Assembly: GCA_002269645.1 (NCBI GenBank)
Contig: NIVC01001610.1
Coordinates: forward strand, 196,165-260,164
Reading direction: 5' to 3'
From: Macrostomum lignano
Taxonomy: Eukaryota
Length of the DNA stretch: 64,000 bases
The notes below the pieces were generated by a model, which saw only the letters and a list, made by a program, of their open reading frames with translations, made no database searches and was not told where the DNA came from. Below, in pieces: positions 48,440 to 64,000 of the stretch (position 1 is the stretch's first letter; each line of letters starts with the position of its first letter). Made by a program: the position numbers and the translations under genes.

Positions 48440-49310
48440 AAAAAGAGAGGTGAGAGTATGGAATAAGAGAGGTGAGAGTGTGGAATAAGAGAGGTGAGAG
48501 TGTGGAATAAGAGAGGTGAGAGTGTGGAATAAGAGAGGTGAGAGTGTGGAATAAGAGAGGTGAGAGTGTGGAATAAGAGAGGTGAGAGTGGTGAATTAGA
48601 TAGGTGAGAAGACTGTGGGCTGAGATATGTGAGAGTGTGGAATGAGAGAGGGGGGTTGAGGAATGAGGTGAGGGAGAAAGTGGATGAAGGATGATGGGAG
48701 AGTGGATGAAGGATGATGGGAGAGTGGATGAAGGATGATGGGAGAGTGAATGAAGGATGATGGGAGAGTGGATGAAGGATGATGGGAGAGTGGATGAAGG
48801 ATGATGGGAGAGTGGATGAAGGATGATGGGAGAGTGGATGAAGGATGATGGGAGAGTGGATGAAGGATGATGGGAGAGTGGATGAAGGATGATGGGAGAG
48901 TGGATGAAGGATGATGGGAGAGTGGATGAAGGATGATGGGAGAGTGGATGAAGGATGATGGGAGAGTGGATGAAGGATGATGGGAGAGTGGATGAAGGAT
49001 GATGGGAGAGTGGATGAAGGATGATGGGAGAGTGGATGAAGGATGATGGGAGAGTGGATGAAGGATGATGGGAGAGTGGATGAAGGATGATGGGAGAGTG
49101 GATGAAGGATGATGGGAGAGTGGATGAAGGATGATGGGAGAGTGGATGAAGGATGATGGGAGAGTGGATGAAGGATGATGGGAGAGTGGATGAAGGATGA
49201 TGGGAGAGTGGATGAAGGATGATGGGAGAGTGGATGAAGGATGATGGGAGAGTGGATGAAGGATGAGGGGGAGAGTGGATGAAGGATGATGGGAGAGTGG
49301 ATGAAGGATG
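48440..49310. repeat. Two 22-bp purine-rich minisatellites upstream of CELF
   Basis: GAGAGGTGAGAGTGTGGAATAA (about 48440-48600) and GATGGGAGAGTGGATGAAGGAT (about 48680-49310). Confidence 0.95.
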
Positions 49311-49717
49311 AAGGATAGAGATTAGAGGTAAGTGAGTGATGGAGCGGATCAGTGCTGAATGAATGAGGTGAAATAACCAAGAAGTTATTTCGTGAGCGGG
49401 TGAGTGGGTGACTAATATGCAGTAAACAGCGCCCCACACTCGACAGGCGGCGGAGTGAGTAAAAGCAAAAACATCGCATTTAAACCCGGCAGAAGCCCGG
49501 AACTTGGCCGGGAAACCCCTGCAGCAGCCCCTGCCCGTCGCAGCAGGTCGCAGCTATTATTCGGCCGGCGCAACGGTTTCTAGAATCAGCGAAGCGAAGG
49601 CAGAATTCTGTTTCCTTTGACGGGTTTCCCTTTTGCGCAGTTGAATAATCAATTTCTATTGGTTTGCGATGGCTTCGTTTGATTTGAAAACTTCTCTGCC
49701 ATTGTTAGACTGCAGTG

Positions 49718-50251
49718 CGATGACATCACAGCCGCGGGCTTGCCTGGGCTGCCGTTCGTTCTGTGAGGGCAGTCCTGAAGTTCGAGGCCTTACCTGACCG
49801 CCAGAGGGCGGCGTTGTTCCAGGCGGTGATCGAGACTGTCTTGCTGTACAACCCCGAGACCTGGACGCTGACGAAGTCGCTCGAGCAACAAGTTGACACG
49901 GCGCACGCTGGCCTGTTGCGTGCCGCCTTCAAGATCGGCTACGAGCGAGTGACCAACGCGGCTTTGTATCGCCGCGCCGGCCTGGTCCGTCCAGGCGACC
50001 TGATGCGCCGTCGGCGACTCCAGCTGGCAGGCCACATCATCCGCGCCGAGGCTTAATGCCCAGAGCCGGTGCAGGAGGTGCTGCTGCTGACGCTGCAGGC
50101 ATCCTACCGGCGGGGGCAGGCGCGCACTCGACGCTTGGTCGACTACCTGCTGGCTGACGCCGGCGCCCCGGATTCGGCCGGCGGCGTGGCGTTCATTCGC
50201 GACCTGGCCTTGAGGCGCGCCCTGTGACGCTAACTGCGTATTTTGTTGTTG
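49718..50251 (+). mobile_element. 5'-truncated RTE-clade LINE insertion
   Basis: Reads GLAWAA..., LFQAVIETVLLYNPETWTLTK, VTNAALY, RRLQLAGHIIR (RTE post-RT C-terminus; one premature stop at 50054-50056). (TTG)n tail; exact 12-bp TSD TAGACTGCAGTG at 49706-49717 and 50252-50263. Confidence 0.92.
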
Positions 50252-50384
50252 TAGACTGCAGTGAAATTCTAATGTGGCTGGGGCATCTAGCTACGAGTTA
50301 GATTGTTAGCTACGAGTAACACAGGGCTAAATGGAAGTTTTCGGGTATCGCCAAGGTGTCAATGCTAGGTGATTCGGGGGAATC

Positions 50385-50540
50385 TCTGATCGCCAAGGAT
50401 GCGAGGGAATTTCTGTGATCGCCAAGGATGCAGGGGAATCTCTGTGATCGCCAAGGATGCAGGCGAATCTCTGTGATCGCCAAGGATGCGGGGGAATTTC
50501 TGTGATCGCCAAGGATGCGGGGGAATTTCTGTGATCGCAG
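50385..50540. repeat. 29-bp minisatellite
   Basis: Unit GATCGCCAAGGATGC(G/A)GGGGAAT(T/C)TCTGT, about 5-6 copies. Confidence 0.9.
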
Positions 50541-50951
50541 AGTCAAAAGAAAAATCTGGAAGATCATCATCAAGGGCTTAAATATTTCGATGCATACTCG
50601 TAATATTGAATAAAATTAGCGTACTTTATTTGATATTTTGAAACATAATAGACGCCGTGACCGATTATGAATGGAAAGCAGTTATTAAAAACATCATTAT
50701 TATTACTAGAAATTCATCCCAATCGATTCCACAGCTCAGCCGGTCCATGCCGTCTCCAAATGAGTCCAGTTCGAGCGTCGGGCTGCAGCGACGGGTCGAG
50801 ACGCGTGTACCTGCAATGCAATGGTTGGTTTCTTAGAGTAGCAAATTTAAGAACTTGAACCCTTTGACTCTTCGACTCTAAGCATGCTACTTAGAGTGGG
50901 ATCTAACGGGACAATTATCAGCTCGGATGAGCCAACATCTCAGGAAGCAGC

Positions 50952-53900
50952 TTACCTCAACTTTCCTGCTAGCGCGTGTCCTGCGCGAAGCGGCGGAGGC
51001 GGCGGCGGCGGCGGCATCTGCGGCGACAGCAGCCGGCCTCGTTCGCGTTGCCTCGGCGCCACCGTCGCCTCGTCGCCCGTCTGCGGATGGAGCAGCCGAA
51101 TTGGCCAGCCGGCCGGCCGGTGCGGACGGCGGTTGTCTGTCCGAGCGGCGGCTGGTTTCTCAGCCTGACCGCGCGGTTCTCGCTGCTCAAAATCGATGAC
51201 CAGGCGGTCGATCTGTTTTGGACTGGACGGCACCAGCCGTTGCTGCTCCCGATGTTGTCGGCTTCGGTCGAGTGTCCAAGCGTCCAGAGCAGTCTTGAGC
51301 ACTCCGGCTACCAGTGCCTTCTCGCGTTCGCTGGCTCCGGACAGCCAGGCGTGTACTACTGATGGGTCGTCGGTCTGCAGCACCTGGCACAGCAGGCACA
51401 GCACGGCCAGTTCTTGCAGCTCCACCTCGGCCGCCACGCCAGCCGCATCGAAATCGGCTGCTCCTCTGGCGTCATACCGGGCCAGCGGCAGCGCCGTTGA
51501 CGATGAAGTCCGGCATCGGCTTCTTGTGGTCGATGGCCGCCGTTTCGACGCCGGTGTTGCTGGAAAAGTGCCGCTAGCGGTCAGAGGGCGCCGGCGGGCT
51601 GGCGCCGGAACTGCGGGAGCGGTTGGGGTGGAAGTCGAGCTAGACCAGGTGGGGCAGAGCAGCTCAGAGGGGTAAACGAGGCCAGACTCTTGCGCCACAA
51701 CCCCTGCTTCGATTCCGAGAGGGGCAACATTCGTCTGGGGCTCGTGTGCACAAAAATTGGCTCAGAGAGTGGTCCTGCGATTCACACGTACGATGGCCGA
51801 CCGACAAGGCACAGTGTAAATGCTCGTTGTAGCTCGTACACCTTGCGAAAGCATGTTTAAATTACCTGATTTAGATTTAACACATCGGAGCGATAGAATA
51901 AGTATAAACTTGTATTGCTCTTACTTTATAAAATAAATCGTCGTTAGCTCTGGACTCAGATTTTTTAGATAAAAAAATATAGCGTAGCACAAGTACTAGG
52001 AAGTTCAAAAAGCTAACTTTGGTTCTTCAATAATTTTTCACAAAGCCCAATTTAAACAAGACCCAAACCAGTTGAAATTGAAGAACAGAAAAGCAGTTTT
52101 TTAAGTGTATACTACGTATATTAACCAACTCGAAACAATATATTTTAGATTTTTGTTTAAAGTCACAGATTATAGCAGTTTCACTCTTGACTTTAGTAGA
52201 CATTGCCAGACTTGGCGCCGTAGCCAGAGCCGTAGCCAGAGCCGTAGCCAGAGCCGTAGCCAGAGCCGTAGCCAGAGCCGTAGCCAGAGCCGTAGCCAGA
52301 GCCGTAGCCAGAGCCGTAGCCAGAGCCGTAGCCAGAGCTGTAGCCAGAGCCGTAGCCAGAGCCGTAGCCAGAGCCGTAGTTATCGCCGCCGTAGCCGCCG
52401 CCATACTTGTAGCTGCCATAGCTATCCTTGGGCGCTTCGTACAGCACCTTGCGCCAGCCGTAGGGATTCTCCAAATAGTGACTGACCAAGCGGGGCCTGC
52501 CGTACTTGTCGAATTCCTCTTCGGTGACCTCGGCGGGGCCAGCGCTACCGTAGCCGAAGCCGTTGCAAGCGGCGGCCATTGCCATCAGAGCCAGAGCAAC
52601 AGTGACAAAGCGCATAGCTATATATTTAATTTGTATTCTACAGCTATAATAATATATAATCAGGCAGGCGAGTGATGCAAAGTTAATTGAGTGATTCAGC
52701 TCGCCTTGGGGCCTTTTATCGATTCTGGCATGGGGGGAAGGGGCAGTGAGGGGGTGCAGTTTGGGGTCAGCCCAAACCGCCAACCTCCCCTCCACTAATA
52801 GCTTGTAAACTTAACTGGTGGTGCTTTAATTTGTCAACCATACAGCGCTGCTGACTCTGCTAGCCTAGCCAGTTTATCATTATTGGATCGGTTTGGCTCA
52901 GCCAATCAGAGAGCTAAATGGGTAAGGGTAACATTTTTAGGGGGTTTGGCGCGCGGGTTAGCGTCGCGTAGAGAATGATTCTTAAGAGCTGCGTGGCGTG
53001 ATTGGCTCTGAGGTGGGGTGGGTGGAGGGGGGAGGGGGTATTCAGCCCACGATTCACTGCCAGTAGGACCGCCAAATAACTTTGGCTATCTCTTATCCTA
53101 TATGTAGTAATGAGACGACGACAGTATTGTTATTATTCTCTATCGGCATATAAAAAAACGATGACCTGTTTCTTTTCAAGCTCAGATGTACTTTAGGTAG
53201 CCAGACTTGCTATTCCTGCGAGCAGTGGATATGCATTGTTAAATGAAAATTATGTTATTTGCATTTCATCATGACTTGACCTATACCTGGTATCGAGTTA
53301 AAAATACTGCAATTTTTTATCGGCATGCAACATTGACTGTCAAGACTCACGGGGGCTTTCTGAAAAGCTGTGGCTCATGGGGGGGAATTGGTGTAATATC
53401 AAGATTCATGGGGCGAATTGCTGAAAGGCGCTGTAGCTCATGGGGGATTGTTGTGATGTCATGGCTTACGGGGATTCGCTGAAATTTTGTGTGGCTCTGG
53501 GGGGGAATTGCTGAGGTGTCAAGGCTCATGGGGGGGGGGTTTCTGAAATGCTGTGGCTCATGGGAGGTTTTCTGAAATTCTGTGGCTCATGGGAGGTTTT
53601 CTGAAATGCTGGGGCTCATCGGGAGTTGCGATGCTTTGCGCCGAAGCTCATAGGGGACTTTTGACTTCGTCAGCGTCGGAGTCGGAGACGGCGTCGGAGT
53701 GATGACGGAATGCTTGAGAGACTAGCTGAGGATGTCCAGCAGTTGAGGCTTGCCCACTGTCGAAGCTTGATCAGTGAAACTAGAGAAATTCACATCAGGG
53801 TGTTCATAGTCACCTGGTGCCACCTGTTGAAGTGGAGAAGCTCCACCTGGGACTAGCGAAGTCACAGCTGATGCAGACACATGTGGTCGACGTGCTGATG

Positions 53901-55084
53901 AAATTTGGAGGCTTGGCAAGGCTGCACTGAGGCGCAGGGCTGATTGGCGCACAGGGGTGTACTGAATGCACTAGCGCTTATGGGAAAAATCCGACCTTCT
54001 GGCAGAATCGTCGAATATCTCGATGGTCCGGAGGGCTGGCGACTTGATTCTTGTTTGAAAAGGTGCGCAAAAAGGTAGCCCGTGTTCTTGAATTTCGTGT
54101 GCCTGCGTTGCTCCGTTCCGGCGCAGCAAAAAATGGTCAGGAGTTTCCCCCCTTGGTAGTTCGACGGGCGGAAAAATGGCTTGGTATACCTACAGCTAAA
54201 AATTACCAATAGTGACTAAACTAGGTCCTAAGTACTAGGTCCTAAACTAAATGTACTATAGTCAAGCGTGTATTGAACATGTATTATTTCTTTCTTTGTC
54301 CATTCCGCTGACTCCTGAACGCGTAATGCACGCAGGCACACACGCTCACACAGGGTGTACAGCGGTCCTTGACTGTCTAATCATCAGGCATGCACACTCT
54401 CTGTGCCTTGGGGCTGACCTTCGTGGGTGCGAATCGCACGACAAGCCCCAATAGAATGTGGCCGCGCACGGGAGTCAGACGCGGCTAACACAGAACTACT
54501 CTGCCCCAAGTTCAACTGTATATTCACGGTGCAGGATACCACTTCTCACCAGCCCTGTTGCTGTCCTGCAGCACAGCAAACTGCCTAGCAAATCCTTTCA
54601 CTTCTTCCGGCACTTCCGGCGACCGGAAGCTGGCGGCTTTGTCATCGCTTCGCCGATGCCTCCGACTTCTGGCGGCGATGACGGCCGCGTACTCGAGTCC
54701 GGTCAGCGTGTCCAGCGGCTGCCACAACGTGTTGGCATTCGCCAGACTGCTGGCCTGCTGAGATTCGGCGAGATTCCAGCCACTGCTGCTGCTGCTGTTG
54801 TTGTTGTTGGCGGCGGCGGAGTCTTCCATCAAGGCGATGACCGGAGGGCCGCGCACGCTGGCCAAGTGGCAGCAGAGGCTGGGATGCGGCCGGTGACCTC
54901 CGATCTCGCAGGCTAGTCTAGCTCCGACTGGCTGTCGCTGCTGGAACTCCTTGGCGATAGAATTCGCCACGCCGGACACTGACTGCAGATGGTGAAGAGG
55001 TCGCTGATCGCACTGATCTAGGAAGCTGCGCAGGACCAGCAGGCTATCCGGATCGGCGTGCGGCAGCTGCTGTTGCAGGGTCAT
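50952..55084 (-). CDS. TBATA/SPATIAL-C4orf17-like protein; exons 54550-55084, possibly 53814-53939, and 50952-51610
   Basis: Exon 1 [25 protein letters not shown] resembles the recalled TBATA motif HHPHPxHVxHIxxLxGxPVCVVxD. The last exon has [28 protein letters not shown] (LCQILxTD...WL...EK motif). Donor GCT G|gtgaga and acceptor cccgcag|TT are both phase 1; the optional 126-nt middle exon keeps frame. Family assignment is from memory. Confidence 0.65.
51680..51850 (+). mobile_element. Dispersed repeat, copy B (partial, inverted relative to A and C)
   Basis: CCCCTGCTTCGATTCC (B-box-like), TGGGGCT, AAAATTGGC, GCGATTCAC, CAAGGCACAG, GTACACC align to the reverse complement of 21556-21803. Confidence 0.55.
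52193..52615 (-). CDS. Secreted Gly/Tyr/Ser-rich structural protein (eggshell/chorion or cuticle-like), 140 aa, intronless, nested in an intron of the TBATA-like gene
   Basis: ATG at 52615 followed by the signal peptide [16 protein letters not shown], a unique Tyr-rich middle, then about 13 GSGY repeats and a stop at 52193-52195. Confidence 0.75.
   Translation of the reverse strand: MRFVTVALALMAMAAACNGFGYGSAGPAEVTEEEFDKYGRPRLVSHYLENPYGWRKVLYEAPKDSYGSYKYGGGYGGDNYGSGYGSGYGSGYSSGYGSGYGSGYGSGYGSGYGSGYGSGYGSGYGSGYGSGYGAKSGNVY
53355..53625. repeat. Degenerate about 33-bp tandem repeat
   Basis: Recurrent CTGTGGCTCATGGGGG...CTGAAA units. Confidence 0.75.
54305..54485 (-). mobile_element. Dispersed repeat, copy C (internal deletion removing the B-box)
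   Basis: Homology to 21556-21803; ends CCGCTGACTCC ... GGAGTCAGACGCGG form an imperfect inverted repeat. Confidence 0.65.
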
Positions 55085-55546
55085 TTTCTATATAATACAG
55101 CAGCTGGGCTCGGTTTTTTGCTCCCTCTGGCTGGGCGTCATCTGTGAGAGAGTTTCGTGCTCGCTCATATAATAGTGTCTCTGAGTGTCTCTTGCAGTCT
55201 CATTTTGAGTGGCCTCTGTTGGCATGGAGCCAATATAGCATAGCTGTGCTGTACGCTCAGTTTTTTTGTATGGGCTGGCTGTAGATGTGCGGCTATTGTA
55301 TAGTGCAAAATGAGAATGTTTGCGATGCGCTACTTAGCTACTTAAAGTAGAGTAACTGTTAATAAAGATTTTTTAAAGCGAGTAGTATATTCAATGGTGT
55401 CAGGCTAATCAGTTCTGTCATCAGAGATATTCTTTATCGGGTTTGTAAACCAGCAGGGAGGCGGGTATAATATGCGAGTGTAGCTATAGATAGTCTCTGT
55501 TACCTTTATCTTGATAATACACTTAATAGCAACCCTCGGAGAGTCC

Positions 55547-55650
55547 AAAAAATTGTGGTAATCTGCAGATTCGAACCCAGGAGCTTCTGTCTGGTACAGT
55601 TTAGTGTAAGGGTCTGGCTCGTTACCGCTCTAGTGCTCAGATCCGCCCCC
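55547..55650 (-). pseudogene. tRNA-derived pseudogene or SINE head between the divergent TBATA-like and RASEF genes
   Basis: Minus strand GGCGGATCTGAGCACTAGAGCGGTAAC...CCTGGGTTCGAATC (B-box) followed by a T6 run; cloverleaf incomplete. Confidence 0.45.
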
Positions 55651-56491
55651 GCCGAGGTTGCACTAGTTTTGACACAGATTTTTTGCAGTTAGCTCGTAAA
55701 AACGCCCTTCGTGTGAACTTCATGTGCCCCGGCTGGTGAATGGGAAAGTCGGCCAGTACGCCACAGTCAGAGTTTGGGATCGCAAAGCACTACAAAAGCT
55801 ACCTTTAAACAGACTTTAAGAAATTTTTATTTGATTTTTCAGCAGCCGCTGTGACTTAATGGCTTATTTATAAATTCTCATACGGATTCAGAGAGCTGCT
55901 CTGCTCAATTCGCAGGCCTGCCGGACGCACACGTGTCACATACAAAACACACACACACACATTATATATATTCTCAGTTTGCCAAAATCCAAGCCACGGG
56001 CCTGCAGTGTAGGTCGGTGGTGGAGGCGCGAGTGTAAAAGTCTGCCGGAGCGCAGGGCTACAGGTTAAAGCATTTATTAGAATGGCTTCGGCTCTCTGCA
56101 CACGCCTGTTGCTTCTCGGGGCACAGAACAGAGAATTCTGCTGCAAGCTGTGTTGGGGTGGGTGCTGCTTTTTGTGCCTACACTCTGACAGCATTGCCAG
56201 CACAATCTGCACCCAGACCTTCGCTCCGGTCTCTCCCTGCCCCCCCCCCCCTATTTTTCTGCGGCGACCGGCCACCTCCAACACCAACTGATTTATAAGA
56301 AAAGGCAGGCCGGCAAGCCCCCCCCCCGAACTACTCAAATCTGAGCTCTTCTCTACTCCTCCACTTCGGCACATGCCGCATTTGCACATAATTGTTGCGC
56401 CAGAAGACTGACCCTATTCAACAACAGTTTCTTTGTAACAATCGGCTCGAACTGTTGACAGACAGTTCGGCGACAGCTAATCGCAGCACGC

Positions 56492-62301
<5,810 letters not shown>

Positions 62302-62305
<4 letters not shown>

Positions 62306-62441
62306 CTGACTGACTGACTGACTGACTGACTGACTGACTGACTGACTGACTGACTGACTGACTGACTGACTGACTGACTGACTGACTGACTGACTGACTG
62401 ACTGACTGACTGACTGACTGACTGACTGACTGACTGACTGA
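62302..62441. repeat. (CTGA)n microsatellite starting at the RASEF stop codon
   Basis: AAC TGA CTGACTGA... Confidence 0.98.
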
Positions 62442-63179
62442 CAGAATTGTATTTTTGCTACCTGAGTTGTACAGAACGGTCATACGTATTCAGTCAGAAT
62501 ATTTGTTGTAAATCGAATCGCTGCATTCGAATTGTGCAGACTTGCGCATCCCTGTAATCTCCGGTATTCGCAGTATCCACCGTATTATGTTCCTAGTTAT
62601 GCGCCTCTTACCTCATTATCCGTACTCAACTGACACCGTGTACTTTTACTTGCGAGTCAATCTGCTTATATTACGAGGATAAGTCCTATGCCCTCGCTCG
62701 TCACCAGAACATCATACTATTGCAATCCCCCAGCAACCCTTGCTCAAGATCCGCCTCGCACCTGCTCAATTGAAATTAGTCGCTTCTAGTAGCTTTCTAA
62801 AGTCGCGTTTCTTGTAGCAACTTCATCGTCTCTTTACAGCTGTGTGCTCTGAGAAACCCAGCATTCCTACATCCTCTTCCCGGATCTCTGTTATGCCCCA
62901 GTGCTCTCGCTGCCATTATCTTCACCCGGACTTGTTGAGCTGCGTATAGACTGAGCAACAGTGCAGAATTCAGACACTCCTCTCTACTAGTAGGGCTATA
63001 CTCAATAGACCAGAGTACCCAGTCAGCCTCGTCGCAGCTCCGTGTTACCGTGTAGCACAGCTGTGACTGCATGCAGACAGATGCTGCTGTATATGGTAGA
63101 GTTATATATCCTTACTGGCCAAGAACGTTTGCAAGTGCCTGGTGTCTGTTAGTTATCCCTCATACGCCGTCCCGCTAGT

Positions 63180-63530
63180 CCCCAAGCACGCCAACCCCCC
63201 ATGCACGCCAACCCCCCAAGCACGCCAACCCCCAAGCACGCCAACCCCCCAAGCACGCTAACACCCCAAGCACGCCAACCCCCAAGCACGCCAACACCCC
63301 AAGCACGCCAACCCCCAAGCACGCCAACCCCCAAGCACGCTAACACCCAAGCACGCCAACCCCCCAAGCACGCCAACCCCCCAAGCATGCCAACACCCCA
63401 AGCACGCCAACCCCCAAGCACGCCAACCCCCAAGCACGCCAACACCCCAAGCACGCCAACACACCAAGCACGCCAACCCTACAAGCACGCACCAACCCAA
63501 AAGCACGCCAACCACCCCCTCCAAGCATAA
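63180..63530. repeat. 15-17-bp minisatellite
   Basis: Unit CCCCAAGCACGCCAA(C/CA). Confidence 0.93.
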
Positions 63531-64000
63531 AAAATGTATTGTCTCAATGCGATTGTTTCTCTTCTAAACTTTAACCACCATTATTGAACAGATGAATTCT
63601 TTGCTCATCAAAGCCTTTACTCTGCTGGAAATTTAGGAGTGAAAAGTAGTCCAGACTGCAACCTGACAGTAGTAGTTTTTTTTTCCAAACAGAACTGCAG
63701 CTGCCGAGGAAACAGGAAGTGGTAGCTGTGCTCAGCGCTCGATGTAGCGAGTGCTGAGCTGAATTCATTTCCGCCTCAAAAAAATCGATTCAATAGACTG
63801 TTGCCTTGGCGCATGCGGCCTCACATAGCTGATTATGCAGCTTTTCTGTTCTGCAGCCTGACAATACCCTGTCACAACTGACTTTGCATTATTATTCAAA
63901 CTAATTTTTATATACAAGGTGTTAGGCATCAGCGTGTCTGAGTTCCCCTAGCATAGGACGGTTTCTGTGTTCGTCAGATATTGTTTGCATTTTGTCCCTT

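Noticed and set aside
48168-49479. 389-423-aa His/Ser/Pro-rich ORFs upstream of CELF
   Set aside because: Derived from 22-bp purine-rich repeats and open in several frames.
55385-55425. CTGATGA on the minus strand as a possible hammerhead core
   Set aside because: No downstream GAAA or supporting stems.
62797-63072. 91-aa minus-strand ORF with a protein-like look
   Set aside because: No recognisable domain, signal peptide or splice context.

Overview
Eukaryotic (animal) genomic DNA with GC-rich exons and introns stuffed with simple tandem repeats. The style suggests a free-living flatworm such as Macrostomum (inference, not checked). Spliced genes rebuilt by hand from GT-AG boundaries and codon phase: the last exon of pyroglutamyl-peptidase I (+), a 3-exon MARVEL-domain membrane protein (+), an 8-exon CELF3-6/bruno-like RNA-binding protein spanning 26 kb (-), a TBATA/C4orf17-like gene (-) carrying a nested Gly/Tyr-rich secreted-protein gene, and a 2-exon RASEF/Rab45-like EF-hand/coiled-coil/Rab GTPase (+). 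Mobile DNA: a LINE 3' fragment, a P-like foldback MITE and a hAT MITE (both with 8-bp TSDs), a decayed Penelope-like element with inverted terminal repeats holding hammerhead-ribozyme remnants, a 5'-truncated RTE with a 12-bp TSD, a CORE-type SINE, and a three-copy structured repeat. Most long ORFs in the supplied track are artefacts of about 25 minisatellite or microsatellite arrays. Best leads: a 4.5-kb island with a CpG-to-TpA (RIP-like) mutation signature, the ribozyme-bearing Penelope element inside it, an unannotated in-phase poly-Q exon between CELF RRM1 and RRM2, the nested eggshell-like gene, and the structured three-copy element. All analysis was by eye; no database searches were run.
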